Assembly (NCBI GenBank): GCA_017410375.1
Contig: JAFQQW010000040.1
Coordinates: 70 to 64,069, forward strand
Reading direction: 5' to 3'
DNA: 64,000 nucleotides
Origin: Clostridia bacterium
GTDB taxonomy: Bacteria; Bacillota; Clostridia; RGIG6154
The notes beneath the pieces were generated by a model. It did not search any database, was not told the DNA's origin, and was given only the letters and a program-made list of their open reading frames with translations. The position numbers and the translations under genes are program-made. Positions 9,289 to 17,965 of this stretch are shown piece after piece (the first letter of the stretch is position 1; each line of letters starts with the position of its first letter).

Positions 9289-9984
9289 TTACAAGCCCAA
9301 AAGCATCCGGGCATTATTTTCAAACCAATCGTCTGTTATCGAACCGTTCAAAATTTTTGAACGCTTATAAGCCTTTTCCAGTTCACATTTCCGTATATGC
9401 ATATTATGCATATCACTTCCTGCAACAAGTATGCGATTCTGCATCCGGTATTTACGGATACGACGGGTCCCGGATAAAAACAAAAATGCCGATGCATTCA
9501 GCTGAAACACAACGTCCAGCTGTAAAATCCCGATTCGCTCTAATATATCCTCCTTATAGCGATCCACATGTGCAATGATTGGTTTCAAGCCCTTTAACCC
9601 GATTTCATAAACCCATTCACTCACGGCTTCACTCATATTTTCAAATAACGGCTCCAGCAAAATATATTTTGTATCTCCGATACAAAGCTTTTCAAGCTGT
9701 TTCAAACTAGGAAGATACTGATTCAGTGCAACTTCCGCACCCAGAATAATTTCCGGAAACGGACCTTCCTCGTTGCGCATTGCATAATTCAACGTTTCAA
9801 ACGCCCTATTCCGCGCTTCTATAAAAAATTCAATATCCTCATCAATATTAGCATGACAGTGTGGTGTCGCCACAACAAAACGAATTCCTTGTGCATAAGC
9901 AGTTCTTAACATTTCAAGACTTTCATCCACTGATTCAGCCCCGTCGTCAATGCCCGGCAAAAAATGGGTATGCACATCTACCAT
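9289..9984 (-). CDS. cpsB: CpsB/YwqE-type PHP-domain tyrosine-protein phosphatase
   Basis: Starts MVDVHTHFLPGIDDGA (PHP motif). RBS AGGAACAGGTG. First gene of the operon, behind a consensus sigma-A promoter. Confidence 0.9.
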   Translation of the reverse strand: MVDVHTHFLPGIDDGAESVDESLEMLRTAYAQGIRFVVATPHCHANIDEDIEFFIEARNRAFETLNYAMRNEEGPFPEIILGAEVALNQYLPSLKQLEKLCIGDTKYILLEPLFENMSEAVSEWVYEIGLKGLKPIIAHVDRYKEDILERIGILQLDVVFQLNASAFLFLSGTRRIRKYRMQNRILVAGSDMHNMHIRKCELEKAYKRSKILNGSITDDWFENNARMLLGL

Positions 9985-10025
9985 GAACAAATCACCTGTT
10001 CCTTTCAAAAGAAATTCCTTTTTTA

Positions 10026-10054
10026 ATTATAGCATGCAAAAAAACTTTTGTCAA
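10026..10054 (-). promoter_or_regulatory. Sigma-A promoter of the cpsB operon (TTGACA-N17-TATAAT)
   Basis: Read on the minus strand: TTGACA (10054..10049), 17-nt spacer, TATAAT (10031..10026). Lies about 40 nt upstream of the cpsB ATG. Confidence 0.75.
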
Positions 10055-10085
10055 ATAAACCACCAAAATTTCCATGTTTTACTGT

Positions 10086-10117
10086 AAAAAAAACGACCAG
10101 CTACATGGTCGTTTTTT
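10086..10117. terminator. Bidirectional rho-independent terminator (acgacca-gctaca-tggtcgt flanked by A7/T6)
   Basis: Follows the stop codon of the 10122..10694 gene on the minus strand. Confidence 0.75.
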
Positions 10118-10121
10118 AGAC

Positions 10122-10694
10122 TTATTCGGTTACTGTTTCTGAATCCGCTTCTACAATGCCGTATTTAATGTTGCTGGATTTCACTTCTTCCGTATCTGCT
10201 TTGGGATTGTAGAAGAATATGCTACTGCCGTTACTGTATGTTACAACAATATCTTCCTGCTTCCACACCTTATAACTTAAATCTTCATTAATTGAAACTT
10301 CCTCATAGTTTTCGCCAAAATGCTTTTTCAGGTATTTCATAATTTTTTTCTGCAAATCCGCACCCGAGTAATCCCCGATGCCGGTCATCATCTGCACCTG
10401 ATATAATTCGTCAGACTCTGTAAAATAAAGAAGAATCATCGTATCTGCTTTAATCATGCCGGGGACGCGATTCATTTCGTAAATGTCGCTACCGCTGAGC
10501 CGGGAAGCCTTTAAATCTCGGACAAGCTCTACAGATGCTTGTTCCGTACCCATGCCCCATACCAAATCACATGAGCCATCACTTTTATTTACAATATATA
10601 ATCCCAATGCAAGTGCTGCAATCACAAGCACAGCAATCAGAATCAATACAAGCGTCTTTTTAGATTTCTTTTTTTGTTCCGTATTATTGGACAT
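10122..10694 (-). CDS. Hypothetical membrane-anchored extracytoplasmic protein (N-terminal TM, ~150-aa outside domain)
   Basis: MSNNTEQKKKSKKTLVLILIAVLVIAALALGLYIV... Has its own promoter (TTGACG-N17-TATAAT at 10753..10725) and its own terminator. Confidence 0.6.
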   Translation of the reverse strand: MSNNTEQKKKSKKTLVLILIAVLVIAALALGLYIVNKSDGSCDLVWGMGTEQASVELVRDLKASRLSGSDIYEMNRVPGMIKADTMILLYFTESDELYQVQMMTGIGDYSGADLQKKIMKYLKKHFGENYEEVSINEDLSYKVWKQEDIVVTYSNGSSIFFYNPKADTEEVKSSNIKYGIVEADSETVTE

Positions 10695-10724
10695 TCACCC
10701 TCTTCTCCTTTCTACATTACGCAT

Positions 10725-10753
10725 ATTATATCATTAAATTTATAATTCGTCAA
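10725..10753 (-). promoter_or_regulatory. Sigma-A promoter (AAAAAACTATTGACG-N17-TATAAT) for the 10122..10694 gene
   Basis: Minus-strand read shows an A-tract UP-like element, a -35 TTGACG, a 17-nt spacer and a -10 TATAAT. Confidence 0.65.
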
Positions 10754-10842
10754 TAGTTTTTTACATTCTGTCCGTTTATACACATTTCGACCGTCTCGGC
10801 GACACCAGAAAAAATTTTTTGTGCGTTAATAACTCCCGGCTC

Positions 10843-10871
10843 ACAAAAAAAGCACCCTCTTCGGGGTGCTT
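10843..10871 (-). terminator. Rho-independent terminator downstream of tRNA-Gly (agcaccc-tcttcg-gggtgct + T7 on the minus strand)
   Basis: GC-rich 7-bp stem followed by a U-run in the tRNA sense direction. Confidence 0.75.
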
Positions 10872-10872
10872 T

Positions 10873-10946
10873 TGGAGCGGATAATGGGAGTCGAACCCAC
10901 CTGTTCAGCTTGGGAAGCTGACATTCTACCGATGAACTATATCCGC
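10873..10946 (-). tRNA. tRNA-Gly (anticodon CCC), CCA encoded
   Basis: Minus-strand sequence GCGGATATAGTTCATCGGTAGAATGTCAGCTTCCCAAGCTGAACAGGTGGGTTCGACTCCCATTATCCGCTCCA. 7-bp acceptor stem. Anticodon loop TTCCCAA. GGTTCGA T-loop. 74 nt. Confidence 0.9.
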
Positions 10947-11051
10947 GTGTATTTAGAGTATAACACATTTTTATTGAAATTGCAAGTATTCTTTTTATAT
11001 TTCCCTTGAAAAAAGACATGAATATTGCTATAATAAAGATGAGGTGAAATT

Positions 11052-13415
11052 ATGCGTAAACTTATATCTCTTTTGTTAGTTTTATCCATGACACTCGTAG
11101 CTTTGCCAGTTTATGCTGAGGACAATGCCACTTTTTCCGGCTACTGTTCCTGGGTTGGCGACTGGAAAACAAGCAGTGCCGTAAAAGGTCCGTTTGAACA
11201 CGCGGGTGAAACATTCTGGATTAACGGTGTCGGAAGCGAAGCAACACTTACCTATTATCCCGAAATCACATATCCGTCCGAGGTATCCATAGATGTATAT
11301 CTGCTTTACTGGCATCAGCACCAAAATAATCGTGTTAAATACGAAGTGCATCACAACGGAAAAGTAGACACGTTTATCTTAGACCCCTCTACTTTGACCG
11401 AAAGTTGTTGGAAAAATTTAGGCACCTTTGATTTTAAGGGTGATCAGGAACGGGAATTTGTTCGCCTTGTATGTATGCCCGGTCAAATACCGGGCGCAAA
11501 CACAAGAGCCTCGGCAATGCGCTTTACCACAAGCAATGAAACCTTTTATGTTGCACCAAACTACACGGTAGAAAATGCACTGAACGGTGCTTCTATTGCG
11601 CCCTTAAATAAATTTTCGGACATGGAAAACCACTGGGCGCGTTATGATGTGGAATACATGGCAAATGAAGGACTTGTTTCAGGCGTTGAAGATTCTCTTT
11701 TTGACCCCGAAGCACAAATCACCCGAGCAGAATATGTAACCATCTTAGACAGAGCTTTAGGGCTTGAACTTTATAAAGGCGGATCATACAGTGATGTTTC
11801 TCCTGATGCCTGGTATGCACCCTATGTTGCCACTGCCAAAGCAGGCGGATTGCTTAAAGGCTTGCCCACTGATGACGGCTTTAAGCCCGATCAGCCAATA
11901 ACCCGCGAAGAAATGGCTCTTTTCACATACAATGCCATCCTGCAGACCAGAACAAACGATGAATGGATAAGCAGTTTCCCGGACGTGTATTCTTCTTTCA
12001 CCGATACCGATGCTGTATCCGAATGGGCAAAGGAAGCAATGTCTTATTTAACGCGCACAAACATTATAAAAGGCACAACCGACACAACTGTTTCACCCAA
12101 AGAAACGGCAACCAGAGCCCAGGGCACTGTTATCTTAAAGCGGTTTATGCAACAGTTTGTATGGGCAGGTCCGCCTAAAGGCGAGAATTGGGTTATGACC
12201 TTCAATGATGAATTTTCAGGTAATGAATTAGACTGGAGCATCTGGCGGTCTGAAGCTGCTTTCCCTTCGCACATTCTTTCCTCCCGCTGGCCCGAAAATG
12301 TAGAAATGTATGACGGCAATCTGCACTTAATTACCCGAAAAGAACAAATGGGCGGTGCGGAATGGACCTCTGCAAGCGTATGGGTACGTCCGGAATTTTT
12401 CAGACAAAGCTACGGCTACTGGGAAGCGCGTTATAAGTACGCCCCGGCTTCCGGCTTAAACAATGCTTTCTGGATTACCACGCAGCCCCTTAACGGGTTA
12501 CCCATGGAAAAGCATTATGAGTTAGATATCAACGAAGGACATTTCCCGAACGAAATCAACACCAACTATCATGCACGATTTGGTGGTAACAACGAATCAA
12601 ACGGTGAAATTGATAAACCAGAATACAATTTATCCGAAGATTATCACACCTACGGTATTGAATGGAGCGAAGAGGAGCTGAAATATTACTTTGACGGTGA
12701 AGTGGTAGCAGTAAAAGCCAACAACACCAAAGGCTTACACGCAGATGTAGCCATCGTCCCCTATCTTTCCACTGCAGTTTTAGACTGGGCAGGTCCTATC
12801 GTAGATGAGCTTAGTGGCAAGGCTATGGTCGTGGATTATGTTCGTGTATGGCAGAAAGAAAAAGATGCAAACAATCCTGATCGCACCATCAAGGGAATGC
12901 CATTAGAGGGCGTCTCCCCCTCGGGTGAAAAACCGGGATCTGTTGAAACCGACACCAATGTCTTAAAGGATATTAAAATCGTCTCTGTCGCAGAGCAGAC
13001 TATTGACAACACCGCCTATCCCGGAGAAATCATTATTCCGTGTGTAACTGAAGGCGACTGGTCCAAATCCACCGCAATTCCCAATTACAACGGTGGCGAG
13101 CATTACTGGTCAAGCACGCCTAATGCCGTGGTAAGATATCCTCTAAAAGGTATTTCAAGCGGAAACTATGACATTTATATCTGGCGCACACCGCACCAGT
13201 TTAACGTCCGGCAAATGGACATGATTTTAACACAACATGGTAAGAACGCGCTTTGCGGTTCGGTGGCTCTTAGACTTGCCGAAAACGAAACCGCCAAGCC
13301 CGGATGGATTTTACTCGGCAATCACACCATTTCCGATCCGAACGGTTATATTTATTACATAAGCAACGGTACCAACTGTCGGGCAACGGCTGTAAAACTT
13401 GTACCAAAAAAATAA
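11052..13415 (+). CDS. Secreted, SLH-anchored GH16 beta-glucanase paralog (repeat module - 3xSLH - GH16 - C-terminal repeat module)
   Basis: Signal peptide (MRKLISLLLVLSMTLVALPVYA|E). One N-terminal repeat module homologous to those of the 1016..3739 protein. Three SLH repeats. GH16 catalytic motif HYELDINEGH. C-terminal module with W..LG and ATAVKLV strands. RBS GAGGTGA. Terminator downstream. Confidence 0.85.
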   Translation: MRKLISLLLVLSMTLVALPVYAEDNATFSGYCSWVGDWKTSSAVKGPFEHAGETFWINGVGSEATLTYYPEITYPSEVSIDVYLLYWHQHQNNRVKYEVHHNGKVDTFILDPSTLTESCWKNLGTFDFKGDQEREFVRLVCMPGQIPGANTRASAMRFTTSNETFYVAPNYTVENALNGASIAPLNKFSDMENHWARYDVEYMANEGLVSGVEDSLFDPEAQITRAEYVTILDRALGLELYKGGSYSDVSPDAWYAPYVATAKAGGLLKGLPTDDGFKPDQPITREEMALFTYNAILQTRTNDEWISSFPDVYSSFTDTDAVSEWAKEAMSYLTRTNIIKGTTDTTVSPKETATRAQGTVILKRFMQQFVWAGPPKGENWVMTFNDEFSGNELDWSIWRSEAAFPSHILSSRWPENVEMYDGNLHLITRKEQMGGAEWTSASVWVRPEFFRQSYGYWEARYKYAPASGLNNAFWITTQPLNGLPMEKHYELDINEGHFPNEINTNYHARFGGNNESNGEIDKPEYNLSEDYHTYGIEWSEEELKYYFDGEVVAVKANNTKGLHADVAIVPYLSTAVLDWAGPIVDELSGKAMVVDYVRVWQKEKDANNPDRTIKGMPLEGVSPSGEKPGSVETDTNVLKDIKIVSVAEQTIDNTAYPGEIIIPCVTEGDWSKSTAIPNYNGGEHYWSSTPNAVVRYPLKGISSGNYDIYIWRTPHQFNVRQMDMILTQHGKNALCGSVALRLAENETAKPGWILLGNHTISDPNGYIYYISNGTNCRATAVKLVPKK

Positions 13416-13421
13416 CAAAAA

Positions 13422-13447
13422 GACTTGTGCAATGCACAAGTCTTTTT
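13422..13447. terminator. Bidirectional rho-independent terminator (gacttgtgc-aa-tgcacaagtc + T5, A-run upstream)
   Basis: Perfect 9-bp stem. Lies between the convergent GH16 and amidohydrolase genes. Confidence 0.8.
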
Positions 13448-13448
13448 G

Positions 13449-14237
13449 TTATCTGCTTAGTAATTTTTCGGCATTTTCATGATAAATTTTCTGTTTGTCG
13501 GCTTCTGACATATCTAAATGCTCAATCAGACGAACTTCCCAGAACGGTCTGTGCCAGGGAGTATCCGAGCCAAACAGAATTTTATCTGTTCCGTGTTTTT
13601 CCACAATCGCCTGCGCTGTTGCACGCGGAATCACTGAATAACTAAAGGAGGTATCAATGTATAAAGGCAATCCGCAAAGCTTTTCAAGCACTTCTTCACC
13701 CGAAAACGCTCCGCCGAAATGGGCTAAAACAATAGGCGAATCAAACCATTTAACCGCCTCAACGAAATGATCGGGCATACCGTGAAAAGGCGGTGCAAAT
13801 CCCAAATCCCGTCCGGCATGAAACATAGTAATCAAACCCAGTTCGCCTATTTTTTTATAGATCGGCTTCATTTTTGGGTCGTTTACATAAAAGTTCTGAT
13901 ACTCGGGATGGAATTTTATACCCTTTAAGCCTAAAGCCTTAATGCGTTCTAATTCTTCTTCCCAGTTTTCAGCTTCAGGATGAATCGAGCCAAACGGCAC
14001 AATTTCGTTGCAAGCCAAAGAGGCAGCAAAATCATTCACACTTTGCATCTGCTTCGGGTTAGTCGCAATGCTTTGCACCACACTTATGTCTACCCCATCC
14101 CGCTTCATGCTCTCCTTAAGTCCCGTAACGGTACCGTCTGTCTGCGGTATCAGTCCGCCGGATGCCTTCGCAAGCGAGTCCATAGCTCTTTGCGCTATTT
14201 TTTCAGGGAAACAATGGGTGTGAAAATCAATCAACAT
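13449..14237 (-). CDS. Amidohydrolase-2 family metal-dependent TIM-barrel hydrolase
   Basis: 262 aa. Starts MLIDFHTHCFPEKIA (metal-binding H-x-H motif). Fits the Amidohydro_2/ACMSD-like fold. Confidence 0.7.
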   Translation of the reverse strand: MLIDFHTHCFPEKIAQRAMDSLAKASGGLIPQTDGTVTGLKESMKRDGVDISVVQSIATNPKQMQSVNDFAASLACNEIVPFGSIHPEAENWEEELERIKALGLKGIKFHPEYQNFYVNDPKMKPIYKKIGELGLITMFHAGRDLGFAPPFHGMPDHFVEAVKWFDSPIVLAHFGGAFSGEEVLEKLCGLPLYIDTSFSYSVIPRATAQAIVEKHGTDKILFGSDTPWHRPFWEVRLIEHLDMSEADKQKIYHENAEKLLSR

Positions 14238-14243
14238 ATTCTG

Positions 14244-15068
14244 TCATCCTTCCTTCAATTCTGTCAATAAAAAAGTTTTAAGGCTGTCTTGCCAATCCGG
14301 CATTCTAAATCCGATTACTTTTTCCGCTTTGCTGTTATCCAGAACGGAGTAAGCCGGTCTGCTTGCTTTTGTCGGAAATTCTCCTGTTTTACAGGGATTT
14401 ACAATACACGAAATTTCTGCAAATTCCGTAATTGCTTTTGCAAAATCATACCAGCTGCACATTCCGCTTCCCGTGCAATGATATGTACCGTATTCTCTAG
14501 TTTGCACAAGCTTTAAAATCTGTTTTGCAAGATCTTTGGCATTTGTAGGGCAACCAATCTGGTCTGCCACAACTTTAAGTTCGCCTTTTTCTCTTGCAGC
14601 TTTCATAATGGTTTTTACAAAATTCTTGCCGTGCGCGCTGTATAGCCAGGCGGTGCGCACGATAAAATGCTTCTCATACTGACGCACAGCCTGCTCGCCC
14701 GCCTCTTTTGTTTTGCCGTACACGCTTGTCGGGCAAACCGCATCCGATTCCGTATATGGCGTATTTGCAGTTCCGTCGAATACATAATCCGTAGAAACAT
14801 GTACCAAAGGGATGTTCCGTTTTTTTGCAAATTCGGTAAGATTTTGTGCACCGAGCACATTTAAACGATACGCATTTTCTTCGTCCGTTTCCGCACCGTC
14901 AACATTGGTATATGCGGCACAGTTTATAATTCCGTCGCATGCACCGCTGAACTCTATCGGTTTTGTAATGTCCAACGCATCCAAATCGGTTGCAATGGCA
15001 TTTTCGCCTAACAGTTTACAAATCTCCCGACCAAGTTGCCCATTGGCACCGGTTACCAACATCTTCAT
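14244..15068 (-). CDS. rfbD: dTDP-4-dehydrorhamnose reductase
   Basis: Starts MKMLVTGANGQLGREI (Rossmann GxxGxxG). Length and motifs match RmlD. RBS GAGGTG 5 nt upstream of the ATG at 15068. Confidence 0.85.
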   Translation of the reverse strand: MKMLVTGANGQLGREICKLLGENAIATDLDALDITKPIEFSGACDGIINCAAYTNVDGAETDEENAYRLNVLGAQNLTEFAKKRNIPLVHVSTDYVFDGTANTPYTESDAVCPTSVYGKTKEAGEQAVRQYEKHFIVRTAWLYSAHGKNFVKTIMKAAREKGELKVVADQIGCPTNAKDLAKQILKLVQTREYGTYHCTGSGMCSWYDFAKAITEFAEISCIVNPCKTGEFPTKASRPAYSVLDNSKAEKVIGFRMPDWQDSLKTFLLTELKEG

Positions 15069-15127
15069 TTTTTCACCTCGCATTGACATTTTTGCCGTTT
15101 CGTGATACACTTATAAACGGTGATAAT

Positions 15128-16087
15128 ATGATTCAGATTCTGCTTGCCACTTATAATGGTGGCAATTATTTAAAAGAACAGTTAGATTCGCTTTTCGCAC
15201 AGACCTTTCAGGATTTTAAAATTCTTGCGAGGGATGACGGATCTACCGACAACACTTTATCTATTTTAAACGAATATGCCGAAAAATATCCGGGTCGGTT
15301 AGAAATTAAAGTCAATAACCCGCCCACCGGCAACGCAAAAGACAATTTCTTTTTATTGATGCAGGATGCAACCGCAGATTTTATTATGTTTTGCGATCAG
15401 GACGATTTCTGGCTACCTGAAAAGATTGAAATGACGTTGTCCGAAATGCAACAGCTGCCACAGGATAAACCTGCACTGGTTCACACCGATTTAACGGTTG
15501 CAGACGGCAATTTGAAGCCTGTAAACAATTCTTTTTACCGTATGCAGCACTATGAGCGTGCCATGAAGCTGACCTTAAACAAGGCGTTGTCCCAAAACAC
15601 AGTGACCGGTTGTACAACCATGATAAACAAATGTCTTTGCGACATGGCAAAGCATACAAACCACAAAGATATCATTATGCACGACTGGTGGCTCGCGGTA
15701 ATTGCCGCAGGCTTTGGCAATGTTCGTGCCATAAAAACGCCCACCATTTTATACCGTCAGCACGGCAAAAATTCTGTAGGTGCCAAAAGCTTCTCCCAAA
15801 GCTTTCGGATGGTCAGACGCGGTGAAAAGGATTTACAGAAAAGTCTGGACAAAACCTATGTACAAGCCCTTTATTTCATCAAAAGCTTTGCTGAAAAGCT
15901 TGAAGAAAACAAAAAAGATGCTATCAGCAAATTTGCGACCGTTCCCAAAGCAAAACCTTTTAAACGGGTTACAATCATCATCCGCTACGGTTTCTGGAAG
16001 CAATCGCTTATCCACAAGCTTGCACAACTCGGTATGCCATTTTTATCCAAAATCAGAACGATGTTTGAAAGTGTTTTCTCGAAATGA
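15128..16087 (+). CDS. Family 2 glycosyltransferase (rhamnosyltransferase-like)
   Basis: Starts MIQILLATYNGGNYLKEQLDSLFAQTF...ILARDDGSTDNT (GT2 DxD region), followed by CDQDDFWLPEK. The ORF-track start at 14990 overlaps rfbD. The internal ATG at 15128 is preferred. Confidence 0.8.
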   Translation: MIQILLATYNGGNYLKEQLDSLFAQTFQDFKILARDDGSTDNTLSILNEYAEKYPGRLEIKVNNPPTGNAKDNFFLLMQDATADFIMFCDQDDFWLPEKIEMTLSEMQQLPQDKPALVHTDLTVADGNLKPVNNSFYRMQHYERAMKLTLNKALSQNTVTGCTTMINKCLCDMAKHTNHKDIIMHDWWLAVIAAGFGNVRAIKTPTILYRQHGKNSVGAKSFSQSFRMVRRGEKDLQKSLDKTYVQALYFIKSFAEKLEENKKDAISKFATVPKAKPFKRVTIIIRYGFWKQSLIHKLAQLGMPFLSKIRTMFESVFSK

Positions 16088-16098
16088 GAAAACACTTT

Positions 16099-17211
16099 TT
16101 ATTTATTAAATCCAAACAGCTTTTGCCAAAGCTTGCCCTGCCTGTTCCGATAAAATTTACCGTCATGGCAGACAAGGATTTCTGCTTTACAATATTCCGC
16201 CTGATTCAACACATCACACACAAAAAACCCGCTCTTACGGTATTTTAAATCGTTATACTTTGTTTCGATATCAGGTCTGTCATAACGGAATGCCGGTAAA
16301 ATACGCTTCGTTTCATCCGGCATCGTCAACAAAACAAATACAGAAGCCGTCTCGGAAGGCACATTTTTCATACAACACCAGCCGTATGCGATAAAAAAGC
16401 TTCCTTGCTTAGACATACTGTCTATGGCATACCGCACAGTGCGATTCTGCATTGCATCGGGCACCGGAGACGGCTCCGTTAAATCTAAAAGCTTTCTTAC
16501 ATACGATTGCCGTATTTCTGCCTCATTTTGCTTTAAGAGCGCTTCTCTGTGTGCAACCGCATCCCGATTTGCAGGCACTCTGTACAAAGAGGTCGTTTCC
16601 TCCACCGCAACAAATTCATACCGTCCTGCATATTTCAGCCAAAGCTCCCAGTCCTCTAGGTACTCTAAATCCGTGCGAAAGCCTCCATGCGCCTCATACA
16701 CCTCACGTTTGAAAAAGACAGTCTGAATCGGAAATATGTTATGCACAAGCAAATTTTCTTTAGAATAATGCAAAAACGGACGTTGCGTAACACTGATTGT
16801 CTCGTAAACATACGGATTGGTGCTTTGTATATCGGTTACCGCTTCATCTGCCTTTGCGTAAAAAATCGACTGTTCAGGCATTGTCAGAGCTGTTTGTACC
16901 ATAATTTCCACATGCTTTTCATAGAACAAATCGTCATCATCCAGAAAATTCAGGTATTCACCGGATGCCAAAGCCAGCGCTTCATTTCCTGCAACACTTC
17001 TGCCCTTTTTCTCCCCTAAAGCTTTATACTTTATGCTCATACCGGAGAATTCTCCGGACAGCAATGCTTCAGACAACGGCGCACCGTCCTCCACAACACA
17101 AACTTCAATATTCGGATAGGTTTGGTTTTTAATGGATTCCAAGCATTCTTTAAGCACCTTGGGTCTGCCACAGGTGCGCACTAAAATGGAAACCAGGGGT
17201 AATTTCTGCAC
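16099..17211 (-). CDS. Family 2 glycosyltransferase with ~120-aa C-terminal extension of unknown function
   Basis: GT2 N-domain (VSILVRTCGRPKVLKECLESIKNQTYPNIEVCVVEDGAP...NFLDDDD). GTG start with an AAGGAG RBS at 17211. The ORF-track start at 17295 would overlap wzt. Confidence 0.75.
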   Translation of the reverse strand: MQKLPLVSILVRTCGRPKVLKECLESIKNQTYPNIEVCVVEDGAPLSEALLSGEFSGMSIKYKALGEKKGRSVAGNEALALASGEYLNFLDDDDLFYEKHVEIMVQTALTMPEQSIFYAKADEAVTDIQSTNPYVYETISVTQRPFLHYSKENLLVHNIFPIQTVFFKREVYEAHGGFRTDLEYLEDWELWLKYAGRYEFVAVEETTSLYRVPANRDAVAHREALLKQNEAEIRQSYVRKLLDLTEPSPVPDAMQNRTVRYAIDSMSKQGSFFIAYGWCCMKNVPSETASVFVLLTMPDETKRILPAFRYDRPDIETKYNDLKYRKSGFFVCDVLNQAEYCKAEILVCHDGKFYRNRQGKLWQKLFGFNK

Positions 17212-17222
17212 CGTAAAACTCC

Positions 17223-17951
17223 TTATCTTTCCTGATACTCCGCACAAACGGGTAAAGTTTCGCCAATTTTCTTTACAACGCCTTGTTCCAACCACAAAAC
17301 TCTGTCACAAAGGCGTTCAATCTGTTCAATGGAATGGGACACAATCAAAACGGTTGTGCCGCCCGACATCATTTCTTCGATACGTTTTACGCACTTTTCC
17401 TGAAACTTGTAGTCGCCCACAGATAAAATTTCGTCTACAATCAAAATGTCGGGACGTACAAGTGTCGCGATGGAAAATCCAAGTCGTGCAATCATACCCG
17501 ACGAGAAATTTTTAATGGGTACATCCAAAAACTCCTCCAACTCCGAGAAAGCAACAATTTCGTCAAATTTTTCTTTGATATATTCTTTGGTATAGCCAAG
17601 AACATAACCGTTTAAGAAAATATTCTCTCTGGCTGTTAAATCCATATCAAAGCCTGCACCAAGCTCAATCAGCGGTGAGATGGTTCCGCTTACCGAAACC
17701 GTTCCCTCGGTAGGCTTTAATATGCCCGATACAATTTTTAAGATTGTACTTTTGCCTGAGCCATTTAAGCCCACAATGCCAAACACTTCCCCTTTTTTTA
17801 CAGTAAAGGAAACGTTAGACAAGGCTTTAAACTCACTATACATAAGCTTGCCTTTTACGAGCTTAACAAAATATTCTTTAATGCTGTCAATTTTCTCTTT
17901 TGACATATTAAATTTCATGGTGACATTTTCCACCGTAATTACGTTTTGCAT
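17223..17951 (-). CDS. Polysaccharide/teichoic-acid ABC exporter ATP-binding protein (Wzt/TagH type, no C-terminal CBM)
   Basis: Walker A GLNGSGKST. ABC signature SGMIARLGF. Walker B ILIVDE. 242 aa. Confidence 0.9.
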   Translation of the reverse strand: MQNVITVENVTMKFNMSKEKIDSIKEYFVKLVKGKLMYSEFKALSNVSFTVKKGEVFGIVGLNGSGKSTILKIVSGILKPTEGTVSVSGTISPLIELGAGFDMDLTARENIFLNGYVLGYTKEYIKEKFDEIVAFSELEEFLDVPIKNFSSGMIARLGFSIATLVRPDILIVDEILSVGDYKFQEKCVKRIEEMMSGGTTVLIVSHSIEQIERLCDRVLWLEQGVVKKIGETLPVCAEYQER

Positions 17952-17965
17952 GAAATATCCCTTTC

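Noticed and set aside
10750-11019. 89-aa minus-strand ORF
   Set aside because: It overlaps tRNA-Gly and its terminator. The tRNA call is much stronger.
14990-15127. N-terminal 46-aa extension of the GT2 ORF proposed by the ORF track
   Set aside because: It overlaps the rfbD coding region on the other strand. The in-frame ATG at 15128 gives the canonical GT2 N-terminus (MIQILLATYNGG).
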